A DNA stretch of 64,000 bases from Squalus acanthias. Lineage: Eukaryota. Below the pieces are notes generated by a model. It did no database searches and was not told where the DNA came from. It was given only the letters and a program-made list of their open reading frames with translations. The position numbers were made by a program, and so were the translations under genes. This document shows, one piece after another, positions 37,700 through 51,130 of this stretch. The stretch covers positions 97,218,001 to 97,282,000 of the forward strand of contig CM059432.1 in assembly GCA_030390025.1 (NCBI GenBank), read 5' to 3'. Position 1 is the stretch's first letter. Each line of letters opens with the position of its first letter.

Positions 37700-39760
37700 T
37701 CCAAAGTGCCACTTCATTTTTTAACAGAGGCGGGTTCGGGCGTAGGCAACTAACCTGCTCTCCGGAGGTGGGTCGGTCATTAAAATATTTTAAAGAGGCT
37801 GGGTGCCTAAGATTTTGGGCTGAATTTTAACTCCTAAAAATGGGTGGTTGGGATTGAGTCAGAGGTCAAACTTCAAAAAATCTGAAACCGGAACCGAACC
37901 CGCCCACTTCCGGTTTTAAGGGAGGCGGGATGAGGGGCAGGTGACCAAGCTGTTCGCGGGAGGTGGGTTGGTCATTTAAATATTCTTATGAGGTTGTCTG
38001 CCTTCATTTTAACAGTCATTCTATTTTTAACCACAGTCGGCCGGGCATCCTGGGCCTCGGGAGATCCGGCAGATGAAAGGAGGCAAGATGGACTGAATCC
38101 ATGAGGTAGGTGCCTTTGTAGCATTGCTTGTGGACCAGGAGGAACAGGCGTGTTTCCTCTAGGCCCAATAAGCTACCCAGTAAAGCCCCTCACCACGATA
38201 TTTCTGCTCCATCATCGGAACCCCCTCCCCCAACCACCATCCGCTGCCCATCCCACCATTTGACCACTTGACCACGATCTGTTCCGCCCACCCCACCATC
38301 AGACACCCCCGGACCATCTTCTGTTCCCCCCCCACGATCGGAACCCCGACCACCATCAGAACACCCCCCCCCCGCCACACGATCGGAAACCCCCACTGCA
38401 ACCAGAACCCCCACGCGATCGGGACCCCAACACGATCGGGACCACCACAATCTCTCCCACCCCCCACTAGACATACCTTCTTCTCCTCAGCTGCGGCCTT
38501 GTGCAGTAGGCTTCCCTGCCCGACAGGCCTCCAGCCTGTTACTCAGGCTGGTTGTGGGCAGGAAACCTTACAGAAAAAACTTTAAAGGAGTCCTGCAGTT
38601 AAAAACAGCAGGAGGTTCGCAAAACCTGTTCTTCGGGATTGAACGCTGACCGGCCGAGTTTCCCGGGCCTTGGGAAACCCGGCATCTGAAGGGAGGTGAG
38701 AACGGCTTAATGGAACAGGTGAGGGCCTTTCCAGCACTTCTTGTGGGCCAGGAGGAGCAGGATTGCTTCACCTTGGCCCACCAAGCTTACCTGCTTCCAT
38801 CCCCATGACTGGATACCCAACCCCCTGATTGGACTCTCCCGCGATCAGAATGCCCCACATGTCCGACTCCCCCCCCCGGCGTCCGACTCCCCCGCAGTTG
38901 TCCGACCCTCAGCTGCGGCCTGCTGCCTTAGGCCAACTTGCCCGACAGCCAGCCCGCCTCTCAATCTGGGAGATGGATTCAAAAAAATGTAAAAGAGATC
39001 ATGCCGTTAAATTCGGCAGGACCACCTGAAAATCTATACTTCCAGGTTCAAAGGCCTCAATTGCTACTCCTGAGCAGTAACGCAGCAAAGCAAGCAGCGT
39101 GCCCATCTGGGAGTGGCAGCAGGCAGGCTCGGCTGATTTTAATGGTCAGGCCTCATCTGCATGTTGTTTGTCGACTTCTTACCAAAACCACCGTAAAGTC
39201 GGCAGGAAGCAGCTGCCTGGCCATTAAAATTGTGCCGGTTGGAGGATGTGCTGGGAACCAGAGGTATCAATCCCCAACAGTAAGGTCAGTGGATGGCAGG
39301 GGGGGATTCATGGTCAGTGGGGGTTAAATGGGGGTGGTGGGGAATCACAGTCAATGGTGGTGGGGGGGGGGGGGGGAAATCCCGGAGCAGGAGAGGCCCA
39401 AGCTTTCCTTATGGGGCCCAGAGGAGCACTGTTCCTCATGGCCCACAAGGAAACTAAAAACAAATAACTTACCTTAATTGACCTCTTCAGGCCCTGGCTT
39501 CTGTTTCCAGCAGGTTTGGCCTGGCGGGGAAGCCATCACGGCTCCTCCACTCAAGTCTCAGGTTAAAACTGCAGATTGGGCCTGAACGGCACCACCAGAG
39601 CCCGATCGGCATCTTTAAAGAGGACCCTGTCAACTTAGGGGTGTGTCCTTGCCACCTACAATTTAAAATTGTAGTTGGTCAGATCAGGGCGGGAAGGGAG
39701 TGGTAAGTCCCCCACCCCATTTTAACTGCTGCCCTGCCTGGTTTCCGCCAATCTTCACTT
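37700..39760. repeat. Cluster of degenerate GC-rich nonautonomous DNA transposon fragments with a CCCCACGATCGG-type microarray
   Basis: TIR-like GGGCTGAATTTT at 37817; recurring TGTGGGCCAGGAGGAGCAGG blocks; CACGATC repeats 38190-38450; related to 17590-17990. Confidence 0.45.
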
Positions 39761-40884
39761 CATGCTTTTGTATTTAATATTGTTTTCACTCTCACTGGCA
39801 GAGTTTTTTTTTGTACATTATGTTTGCCAGAGCCTTCTTTTTCAGTCTGTGTTCTCTTCAAACCTTTGTCCCTTTGATACCCTTTTCCAGCCTCCAAAAA
39901 GAAGAAGGTGGAATGCTTTATCTGGCATAACAGTCTAATGCCTAAAAATTGGGGATTGCTGGAAACCTGCCAGTAACATTGGCGGCCAAGGATAATGGCC
40001 GCCGGCTGAGAGAGCGGCGGCAGTACCGGCATTTTGGTACTGCCTGCTCATTATCAACAGTGTGGCGGTGATTTGCTCCTGCAACACTCTCTTTGCAGCA
40101 CTAATCTCAGAAGGAGGCCAAAGGTCGCCTCTGTCTCCCGCTCGCAGTGTAGGGGAGCAGGGAAGAAAGGAGCGACCCAAACAGTTGCCATATGGGCTCT
40201 AAAAATATTAGCTGCTATCTGATGTTTAGCGATTTTTTTGTTTGATTATGACATGAATGCAGATCAATGAGATTTTATCACGGATTATTTTCAATCATTG
40301 CAATGGAGTTCACCCATTGATTTACTGACCCACAAACTGTAGGCCTCACGGAAAGCTGCCAGAAAATATATCTCCCGCCCCCCGCTACTGATGGGCAAAA
40401 AATGAAAGTTTAAAAGAAGAACCTTGGCAAAGAAGGCGTTTGACGTTCCGGCATCCATCCTCATAATTCCTGCCAGACTCCTCATGGCCGTTAACACTGC
40501 TGAATGTGATAGAAAATACTGATGTGATTTAGTGCGGGCGGCAATGTGAGCGGAGAACTCCATAATGGATGAGCTGGCATCAACTCAGTGTTGCACGTCG
40601 ATTGATGTCACACTCCACCTCATTAAAATACTCTTGCTGATAGCAGTTAACGGCAGCGCTGACGACCTGCCGAAAATGGCGGCCACCGCAGTACCTGCCA
40701 CCAGCTGGTGGGAGAGCGCCGGTCGCCATTTTCTCACCATTACTTGGCACTAACAGGTGACACAAACCACCCGAATTTCTAGGCCTAAATACTTGAAGAG
40801 AGGCACTTACCAGTTGCTGCTAGGTCCTTTATGTTCTGGAAATTTCCACTTGTATTTCATTATATATAATTATACAATAATCCT

Positions 40885-41112
40885 ACCAATGGCCTTTTAG
40901 GTGGATGCAAAAGATCCCATGGCTCTAATCAAAGAAGAACAAGGGCGTTCTCCTGGTCTCGTGGCCAGTATTTATCCTTCAACCAAGATCACTAAAATAG
41001 ATTATCTGGTCATTTATCTCATTTCTATTTGTGGAACCTTGCTATGCACAAATTGACTGCTGCATTTTCATTGGCTGCAAAATTCTTTGAGATGTCCTGA
41101 AAGGTGCCATAT
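40885..41112 (+). mobile_element. Deu-domain SINE fragment (AmnSINE1/SacSINE1-like)
   Basis: AAAAGATCCCATGGC...GAAGAACAAGGGCGTTCTCC core shared with copies at 48530 and 56290. Confidence 0.65.
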
Positions 41113-41116
41113 ATGG

Positions 41117-41344
41117 TGACGTAAGAAAACTACTAGGCACTTGGTCTAAGCGTTAAACAAAGCTTTAATCAACTGTTTTTCAACATGGAGATCGAGTTGT
41201 GTCCTCACTAGTTCCTGTCAAAGAATTTCCTGAGCAAGCTGGGCCCATGCCCGAGTATTTATACTCTCCCTGGACAGCGCCACCAGCAGGCCGCCCAGTA
41301 TTATTTCATAAGTCATTTCCACATGAATGACACGATTCATGTCA
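41117..41344 (-). repeat. Gypsy 3' LTR
   Basis: TGAC...GTCA termini; about 11 substitutions and 2 indels vs 46388-46617 (hand count). Confidence 0.92.
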
Positions 41345-43070
41345 TTCTTCCAGCCTGAAAGATTGGAAGTCCGGCGGCTTCCTTCTATCGAATTAATCGG
41401 ACTAAGAATAGACGCAGTCGTTTGGATTTCCGTTGGAGGCCGGAAGGCACATCTCCTCGGACCGTGTTTTGGTCCCTGGGTCGCTTGGTTCGTACCGGCA
41501 GGCGGGCAGAGTCCGTGTCGCCTTGATCGACCTGAGGGGGACTGGGGAGATCGTGGCTCCAGGTGCGGGCCCCCACCGGCGCAGAGCTGGCTTCACCCTG
41601 CTCAGTAGTCGGTGACTGACTGGCGTCCTGGCTTTGGGTGGCCATCCCGCGGGGAGCGCTCTGTTCCCCGGGTTGATCCAGCAGAGTAGCTGGCAGATCC
41701 ATTGATGTCCCGGGTAGGGCGTCATCCTCGGAGGAGCGCGGATTATCAGCGTCGTTAATACGGATCTCTCTATCGATTGGGTCCGTGGGACCAGTTGGGC
41801 AGGGAGCCAGATCCCGAAGTGAAACTGTTGACTCCCGGCCATCAGGGTACCGCACGTACGCATATGTAGGATTGACATCTGTTAGTTCCACCTCGTCGAC
41901 GAGGGGATCACTCTTGGCGGATCGGACGAATCTTCGGAGCAGCATGGAGCCAGGAACTGACAACTATGATAGTAGGGACGTCCCATGAGTGGAGCGACGC
42001 TGGAACCCGAAGAATTGTTCGTGAGGAGTAACATTGGTGGATGTAGAAAGAAGAGACCTGATGGAATGCAACGCGTCAGGGAGCATAGTTTCCCACTGCT
42101 GGTCTGGTAGATTGTGTGACCTCAGTGCAAGATGAAGAGCGTTCCAAATGATAGCGTTGTATCTCTCAACCTGTCCATTTTCAATAGGATGATACGGTGT
42201 CATTTTACTTGTGGCGATTCCCCGTTGGGAAAAATAACTTTTGAGTTCGCTTGACATGCAGGAGGGACCCCGATCAGAGTGGATGAAATTGGCCATACTG
42301 CAAAGGGAAAAGACCTGATCGAGGCATTTGATCACTGTGGAAGTAAGCATATTGGGACAGGGGACAGCAAAGGGAAAGCGTGAATATTCGTCCACCATAG
42401 TAAGCAAGTAGGTGTTTCGCGTTGAGGAAGGCAATGGCCCTTTAAAGTCAATGCTGAGTCGCTGCATAGGCTGTGTAGCGTGTATGAGCGAGCCATCCGA
42501 CGGACGGAAGTATTGTGGTTTTAATTCCACGCAAATTCTACAAGTGCAGCATGTTCTTTTCATGTCTTCCATAGAAAATGGGAGATTTTTAGATCGCACA
42601 AAGTGCAACATACGGGTAATGCCAGGATGGCATAAGTCAGTATGAAGATCCGCAAGAGTCGAAGTTGACATGGAAGAGCAGAATGCACGCGTGAGGGTAT
42701 CCTGGACCACATTCTCCTTGCCGGGTCAATACTGTATGGTATAGCCAAAGGCGGCCAATTCCATCCTCCAGAGCTGTATTTTGTTATTATTGATTTTAGT
42801 GCATTTCCGGTTATCCAGCATAAAGGCATCAGAGCGCTGATCGGTTATGAGCGTGAAATGGCGACGAGCGAGAAAATGACTCCATTTACATACTGCTTCG
42901 ATGATAGCCATAGCCTCCTTCTCGACAGGAGGATAATGGAGCTTGCTACCCTGCAAAGTCTGGACAAAAATGCAACGGGTCGACCGCCTTGATTCAAGGT
43001 AGCCGAGATCGCCACCTCCGATGCATCACACTCGACCACGAAAGGGAGATTTTCATCGATGGAATGAAGC

Positions 43071-43328
43071 TGTGTGGAATGACTGTCTGTGTGGAGTTTG
43101 CACATTCTCCCCGTGTCTGCATGGCTTTCCTCCAGGTGCTCCGGTTTCCTCCCACAGTCCAAAGATGTGCGGGTTAGGTTGATTTGGCTATGATAAATTG
43201 ACCCTTAGTGTTAGGGGGATTAAATACGTGGGGTTACGGGGATAGGGTGGGATATGTGTCGGTGCAGGCTCGATGGGCCGAAATGGCCTCTATCTGCACT
43301 GTGGGGATTCTGTGATTCTGTGATTCTG
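43071..43328 (+). mobile_element. 5'-truncated V-SINE (HE1-like) inserted in Gypsy pol
   Basis: V core GTGGAGTTTGCACATTCTCCCCGTG...CTCCGGTTTCCTCCCACA; (GATTCTGT)3 tail; TSD TGAAGC. Confidence 0.88.
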
Positions 43329-45315
43329 TGAAGCGTGGCTTTTTCCAGTTGTTGCTTGAGGAGGTCGAAAGCTGAAATAGCCCTCGCCTCCAACGGAAAT
43401 GACTTTGCGTGAAGCAGGTGCTGGATCTTGTCGGAAAAGTGAGGTATCCACTTTGCATAATAGGCGAACATGCCGAGGGCCCGACGAAGAGAGCTGAGAT
43501 TCGTAGGAGGAGGGAGCTCCTGAAACGGACAAAGTCACTCCAGATCCAGTTTGATAACACCATTGCCCACCCAGTAGCCAAGGATGTTGACTGATGTTAC
43601 TGATTTCACAGATTTGGACTCATTTAAGGTTAAGTTGCGACGACGGAGAACGTCAAGAAATTTCTGGGGGCTGGCATCATGCTCCTTCTGGTCATGACCA
43701 GCAATGGTGATATTATCCAGATATGGAAAAGTGTCCGTTAAGTTCTCCTGTTTGACTAGGCTATCCATTGCCCGTTGAAAGACGGCCACCCCATTGGTGA
43801 CCCCGAATGGAAGGCGACGAAACTGGTAAAGCCGACCATTGGCCTCAAAAGCCGTATACTTTTTGTCAGAGTCCTTTAACGGTACTTGATGGTATACGCT
43901 CTTTAAGTCAAAAGTTGAAAATACCTTGTAGTTAGCAAGGTTATTGACCATGTCATCGATGCGTGGTATTGGGTAGGCATCCAGGTCGGTATTCTGGTTA
44001 ATAATTTGCGAGTAATCGATGCAAAGACGTTTCTTGTGTTGCTTCAGAGGATTTTTAATAACGACGACTTGAGCCCGCCAGGAAGATGAACATGGCTCAA
44101 TTATACCGTCAGCTAAAAGGCGAGAGATCTCTGCCTAGATAAAGGATAGGTCATCTTGGCTGAAACGTCGTGATTTAGTGGCTATGGGCTTACATCGGGG
44201 GGAAAGATTGGCAAACAAGGAGGGCTCGTCGAGCGAAGCTGCCAAAAGTGCACAAAACGGTACTTTGGAAATAGTAAGCTCCAGCTTTGATCCTCCAAAC
44301 TTGAAAGTGAGTCTTTTGTGTTGTTTCTGGAAATCCTGTCCCAGGAGCACATCACTGCATAGGTTTTTGAGCACCCCGAGCCGGGTAGAGAAAAAAGTGC
44401 GGCCATTGAGAATAAGTTCGACAAGACAAAAGCCGGAAGAGTTGGTGGTCAGTGTCGTCAGAGCCATTGCAATTTCCCTGCCTGAGGGGTAAATACGCAG
44501 TTTTAACTTACTGACAGCCTGCTCACTGATGAAGCTGTCAGAGCTGCATGAGTCGATTAATGCACTGAAAATGTGTTCATTTACCGAAACCTTCGTGGCT
44601 GCATGGGACAGGCTTTGGGGAAAAACAGCTGTGATGGGAGGAGGGGCAGTTTTATCCTTGACAGCTGTAACATTAGTAGTGGCTCTTGGGGGGGAGCAGT
44701 TTTATAGATAGCAGCTGTAACCCTAGAAGAGGCTCTTGACTGACATACTTTCGAGAAGTGGCCTTTCTTACTGCAATGATTGCAGGTTGCATTACGAGCA
44801 GGACAAAATTTCCTATAATGAAATGCACCTCCACAGAAGAAACACTTCCTTTTAGATTGCCAAGATGCCACTAGGGTAGGGTCATCATCAGCTAGGATAG
44901 AGTCGTCATCAGTGAGGGCTTCCGCCTGAGGCTTATCGGAGGAGTCACTAAAAGTGATAGCAGCAGTCCGTGCACGTGGTAAAAGATAGGCATCTGCATT
45001 TTCTTTTGCCAAGTCCAGAGAATATGCCTGGTCATAGGCAGTTTGTAACTCGAGGGTTTTATTCTTCAACAGACGCTGGCGTATGAAGGGAGACGCAATT
45101 CCATTAATAAAAGAATCACGAATTAAATCCTCCTGGTACTGCTCAGCTGAGACAGCCTTGAGATTACAATCTTTGCTGAGCCTGCGAAGCTTTTGAAGGA
45201 ATTCATCAAGTGATATCCCGGGTTGTTGTCGAGTTGTGGCTAATAGATGCTGAGCAAAATTTTCATTTGGGGCCTTAACATATAGTTGCTGTAGTATTCG
45301 GATAGCGGAGTCATA

Positions 45316-45762
45316 GGGCTGGATTTTAAATGACCCATGGAGTCGGGTTTGGAGGCATGTGGGGGGTTAAATTTGTGGGGTCGGGGTTTCCGACCCCATC
45401 CCGACTCCATCCCGCCTCCACGCAATTTTGACATAATCAGTCGCGGGGTTCCCGACTCCGTCCCGCCTTCAAGAGGCGGGAGAGGCCATTAAAGCCCATA
45501 ACAAGCTCTAAATTGGCTCTGTAATGCCATTTTCAAACGCTGTAGCTCGTTTAACCCTCTTCTGATGTGAAGCACGCCTGGTGTGAAACACTCCAGTGAA
45601 ACCTGGCGGGAGCACAAGTGGATAGCTGACTATCAGCTGCAGGTCCACTATTACAACGGAGATGTGATGAAGGTGGTAGTAGTATTGGGTCTGAACGTCG
45701 CCTCTGGTGCTGCTGCATTGAATGTCTTCAGAGACTGCCTGGGAGGATTTGTTTGGCAAAAA

Positions 45763-45831
<69 letters not shown>

Positions 45832-46089
45832 CCATTTTTTGCATCCAGGCCCACTCACATCAAAAGCCAGGCAGGTCCTCTCTCACCAACAGTCTCTGAG
45901 ACTAGGCAGTCAGCAGAGGCGACTTTCAGACTCAAAACACTAATTAGTTCATGGGTTCCCACACGCTCCAACTCAATTGCCCAATTAAGTGAAAATTGCA
46001 TCAGACAGCCACATTAATCTGGAGTCGGGGGGGAAACACGAAATGCGGATTACACGACCCCAACCCGACCCCAAGACAAAATCCAGCCC
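45316..46089. mobile_element. MITE family C (Harbinger-like), copy 1, inside Gypsy gag
   Basis: Perfect TIR GGGCTGGATTTT / AAAATCCAGCCC; TSD ATA; internal (CT)n. Confidence 0.9.
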
Positions 46090-46387
46090 ATAGTCTACAC
46101 AGTCTTCGATATAGTCAAACACATAAGGGGATACATAATTGGCAAGTATCTTTATCTTATTAGGAACATTCTCACCACACGCCCTGAGGTAGTTGCTGAA
46201 GGTACGATACCAGTGTTTCCATACCTTAGCAGTTGTCGGTGAATTCGGGTCCAGGTCAAGATGGGTGGGTCAGAGTAGTTTCTCCATGATGGATTGATTA
46301 CTACATCTGGTTCCCTTCTACCGTTTGAGTCGTAGCCGTCTGTTCCCAAAACCACTCAGAGCGTGGAGCAGGTCCAGTTGATTAAAT

Positions 46388-46617
46388 TGACATAAGAAAA
46401 CTACTAGGCACTTGGTCTAAGCATTAAACAAAGCTTTAATCAACTGTTTTACAACATGGAGATCTAGTTGTGTCCTTCACTAGTTCACTGTTAAAGAATG
46501 TACTGAGCAAGCTGGGCCCATGCCCAAGTATTTATACTTTCCCTGGACAACGCCACCAGCAGGCCGCCCAGTATTATTTCATAAGTCATTTCCACATGAA
46601 TGACAAGATTCATGTCA
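46388..46617 (-). repeat. Gypsy 5' LTR
   Basis: Direct repeat of 41117-41344; minus-strand TATAAATA and ATTAAA. Confidence 0.92.
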
Positions 46618-46662
46618 TAGGGTATTTTTACTACTTCCAAAAGGGTTCTCTTATATCTCAGT

Positions 46663-47497
46663 GGGGGCGATTTTGTGACTGGGGGCGCGTTGGAGGCGGG
46701 ACTGCTGCTAATCGGGTCGATGTCCCGCCTCCATCGATTTGTGGCCAACCCACGCTATTTTCCCCTGATTGACCTTGTTAAGCCCGCCCAGCGGGTTTAG
46801 CTGGCCAATCAAGGGAAAGCCGGTTGCAGAGAACGTCAACGTATGACGTTTCATCTGTCAAAAATTTTTGACAGATGAATTGTCATCATTTGACAGCTCT
46901 GTGAAGCTGTCAAACAGTGACATTCTCTGCAGTTTGATGAGGTCTTGCATACAAGACCTCATCAACCTTCTTTCTTTTACAGAAATGAGATGGTTGTTGC
47001 ATCTGAGAATGCAATGGCCATCTCTCATCTGCACCGCGGAGGTCCGAGAGTCTCCGCATACACACCAACTGAAGCCTGCAGGAAGAAACAAAGGTAAGTA
47101 CACTTTTAAAAACACTTTGCACTTACCTCAGATACTCACCTCTACACTCTTGCACCCATCACTTACCTTCACACCACACTTTTGCACCCCCGTAGACCCA
47201 GTACTCGCCTCGCTGAGCTAATTGGTTTCGGAGCCTTTGGGAAGCCCACACTTGTGAGGGCAAAAAGGGGATAATCCTATTTTCTGCCTGTTAACTACCT
47301 TTTAACAGGCAGTTAATAGGCTTTAATCCCTTCCCGCCTCCAAGGAGATGGGACCCGGCACGGGACGACTACCCGCCTCCTGGGAAGATGGCATGGAGGC
47401 GGGTTGGGGGCGGGTTGGGCACCTGCCCCAAAATTCTGCCATTTTCCCGTCAGTCCCGCCTCCATACCCGCCTCCCCAGGGCTGGCAAAATTGCCCC
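46663..47497. mobile_element. MITE family B, copy 2
   Basis: TIRs GGGGCGATTTTG / CAAAATTGCCCC; TSD AGT; colinear with 31782-32625. Confidence 0.85.
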
Positions 47498-48529
47498 AGT
47501 ATCTCAGTTACCTGCCTTACCGTTCTTAAAATGTGATGCTTGACAGTGTGTGTTCTCTATTAGGTTGTCATTTCTACTATCTTTCACACATTTATTGCCT
47601 TCCCAACCTCTACTCTGAAGGCCCAATACATCATCATGAAGTTCATAAAATGATCAAACTGATTAATTTCAGATTGCTTCTTATTAAATTACAAAAATTT
47701 CTACCACCAATTTTGCCATAAAACCAGAAATGATGACTGGATCTTAGTGCAAGGGTGGCAACTCACTGCATTTATCACCAGGATCATCCTTGATTTGACA
47801 AAAGGTGAAAATCTTTTACTAACCATACTACTTTTGAAGGTAAATGTCGATACGATGCATTTAAATACCAGTAGGTGCCACTGTTACTCTATAAACGTAT
47901 CACCGGAAATGCCAGAATAAAGAGAACAGATATCACTAGACATTAAAGCTGTTATATAAATCTGATTAACACATAAATGATATACCGTGACTCATTGTTT
48001 TTCTTCCAATACCTAAAGGAGGAATAAAGCAAGGAGAAATGGACATGTCTGTATTTAAGTGGGCAGGGATGTGCGTGTGTGTGTGAGAGAGAGGCAGTAA
48101 GTTTAGTTATGCCCTTACTGTGAGAAAGTATTTTCATGTACAGAGGAATGCTGCTGGGTTTTGCTTTGTTTTGATTCTTCATTATCTTTAGCATTATTAG
48201 AGCAATTTTTTCAGTTAGTTTTTGAGTCAGCTTTGATTTTAAGTACCATTTTCCTTTCTTAGATCCCACAATGTAAGGAGCATAAGACAGCGAACAAAAC
48301 AGAAGAGGAATGATATTGACAATTTATTTAAAGGAATATTTCCAATATGATTTCAATGGTTGAAATGAAATGCAATGAAGTTAGAATATCATATTATAGG
48401 GTAACTCTACCCATTGTATGTTTTCTCTGATTACGTGACATTGTTACAGTGTGACAGCAAGTGAGTCTCACAGACTGGCTTGGTTTGTGGGTGATCCCCA
48501 CGGGTTATCTCTGAGAGCAGTGTCAGTGT

Positions 48530-48965
48530 CAAAATGTCAGCTTGGCTTAATTGATAGTATTCTCACGTAAGTCAGAAAGTTATGGGTTCAAGTCCAAGTC
48601 CACGACTTGAGTACATGAAACTAGGCTAAGAGTCTAGTGGATTACAGAGGTGTTGCATTGTCAACGGTGCAGTCATTGAAATGAGATGTTAAACCAAGGC
48701 TCCATGTACCTGTTCCTGTAATTTGGTGTATGTTAACGATCCCATGGCATTATTTGAGGAAGAACAGGGAATTCACCTGATACCTTGGCCAACCTTGTTT
48801 CTTGAAACAAAAACTATTTAAAAAATAGGTGCGCTGACCATTCATTTTATCCCTGTTTGTGGGACATTGCTCAGGGTAAAATGGCTGCCATGTTTATTTA
48901 AGTAACAACAGTATAAAGCACATCTGAGATATGTGATAAAGTGTTGTATAAATGAAAGGCTTTTT
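48530..48965 (+). mobile_element. Degenerate tRNA-headed Deu-domain SINE
   Basis: B-box-like GGGTTCAAGTCC, GATCCCATGGCA core, L2-like 3' end. Confidence 0.6.
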
Positions 48966-50409
48966 TTCCCACAGATTTATTGCCCGCTGGGCTTAGCTTT
49001 ATACATTTGGCTGGAATGAGGTGCTTACGTTAGTTTGAGGTTTCGCTGATTTTTCAGTCAGTTATGGCTGAAAGCTAGGAATGCAGAGCGTTTTCTAGAA
49101 AAAAATCTCACGATCCAGCCTCAAAGAGTACATGATTTTCTCAGTCTGGACTACTTTCTGAAGTGCCTCAACCTACCTTGCCCCACCCTACTCTATTTAA
49201 TTTAATAGTGTTTTACAGTAAAGTACAGAGCATAAACCAGCCATACTGATATCAGTGTATACTTTTGAACATTAAGGGAATCAAGGGATATGGGGATAGT
49301 GCAGGAAAGTGGAGATGAGGTAGAAGATCAGCCATGATCTTATTGAATGACGGAGCAGGCTCGAAGGGCCAAATGGCCTACTCCTGCTCTGATCTCTTAT
49401 TGTCTTACTTTCCGTTTGCAGAGCTAAAACAGCAGGACTGGAGTGAGGTAAGTGTAATGTTCGATGATTTCTACCATACCAAACTTTTGGGATTGTTCAT
49501 GTTGGCTCTAATTAAACATTTATTGTGAGCTCCTAGCTTATATTGGGCCTAATGCTGAGAGCACACCAAAGTGTGTTTGTCAGTAGGGCTGCTACTAAAA
49601 CTTAAAGGTAAATGACCACATATAGTAAAAATTGCTTCAGCTGTTATGTATCACTTACCTGTTTGATACATTTGTGGGCAGCACATGGCTGACACTGCAG
49701 ATGATCTATATGCTAGCCTGGAAAGAGGTAGAGGCACAAATGTTGAGGGAGAGGGTGACCTTGGCTCTCAATATCAGTACCACCCTTATGATTCCAGGCA
49801 TCCTTGTAGCAGATGGCACAGAACTACAACTGACTTCATGCTGACCCACATCCTGCAGAGCTAATTCCCCACTGCCATTGCTAGGCAGGTGTGCCAGGCC
49901 CTGAAGATATGGTTGGTGGTATAATGGCAGGTGCAGGCATTCCGGATCTGTTGGCCTCCCTATCAGGCCTTCTTTTATCTTGTACCAAAATCAGCCATCC
50001 TAGATTATATTGGCGATGCTGCAAAATTAACCCCTGCTCATTAATTTTAACTTAATTTTTCCAACTGCCATGAACTCTTAGCTGACTAGTCATTACCTAA
50101 TCTCCCATGAAAGTTCACATTGTAAATGTCCTAATTGCATGTTCCTTTTTTGTACGTTTGTCCTGTTCTTCAGAAGCCAAATAATTATTCACCAGTGCTT
50201 TACTCACAAGTAGAAAAAGTAATTGCAATGCTTTTATACACCTGTCAAACAGATACAAATTGCAAGTACCAATGAGAGAGAGTGAGAGAGAAAAGCAGAG
50301 TGTCTTTTCTCATACTAATTTCATTCTTTTAAAACAAAATCAAGTAAATTGGATTTTGAAAGCCTCTGAGGGAAACAGATAGGAAATAAAGATAGGAAGG
50401 AGAGACAAA

Positions 50410-51130
50410 GGGCTGGATTTTGTCTTGGGGTCGGGTTGGGGTCGTGTGATCCGCATTTCGTGTTGCCCCCCCGACTCCAGATTAATGTGGATGAATGATG
50501 CAATTTTAACCTAATTGGGCAATTGAGTTCCAGCATGTGGGAACCCATGAACCATTTAGTGGTTTCAGTCTGAAAGTCGTCTCTGATGATGTCATCATTG
50601 CTGAGACTGCCTTGTCTCAGAGACTGCCTGGCCTTTGCTGTGAGAGGACCTGGATGCAGAGGAGAGAGAGAGAGAGAGAGAGAATGAAAGAATGAATTTT
50701 TTTCCATCCAGGTCCTCTCACAGCAAGGCCAGGCAGTCTCAGACATTCAATGCAGCAGCATCAGCGGCGACTTTCAGACCTAATACTACTACTACCTTCA
50801 TCACATCTCCGTTGTAAAAGTGGACCTGCAGCTGATAGTCAGCTATCCACTTGTGCTCCCGCCAGGTTTCACTGGAGTGTTTCACATCAGGCATGCTTCA
50901 CGTCGGAAAAGGGTTAAACTAGCTAAAACATTTCAAAATGGCATTACAGAGCCAATTTAGGGCTTGTTAAGGGCTTTAATGGCCTCTCCCGCCTCTTGGA
51001 GGTGGGACGGAGTTGGGAACCCCGTGACTGATTTTGTCAAAATTGCGTGGGGTCGGGACCCCCGAATCTGCAACTTTAACCCCCCACACGCCTCCAAACC
51101 CGACTCCATGGGTCATTGAAAATCCAGCCC
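50410..51130. mobile_element. MITE family C, copy 2 (inverted)
   Basis: GGGCTGGATTTT...AAAATCCAGCCC; TSD AAA; reverse complement of 45316-46089. Confidence 0.9.

Larger units (their letters stand above)
41117..46617 (-). mobile_element. Decayed Ty3/Gypsy LTR retrotransposon, full length
   Basis: LTRs 41117-41344 and 46388-46617; TSD TATGG/TAGGG. gag from 46287 (MEKLL*PTHLDLDPNSP, Cys/His knuckles), PR LIDSCS, RT YLDN, RH ECDAS, IN DFKGP/SDRG/VERYN. Confidence 0.92.

Noticed and set aside
45508..46017. ER/LS-repeat ORFs
   Set aside because: Translations of the (CT)n microsatellite in MITE C.
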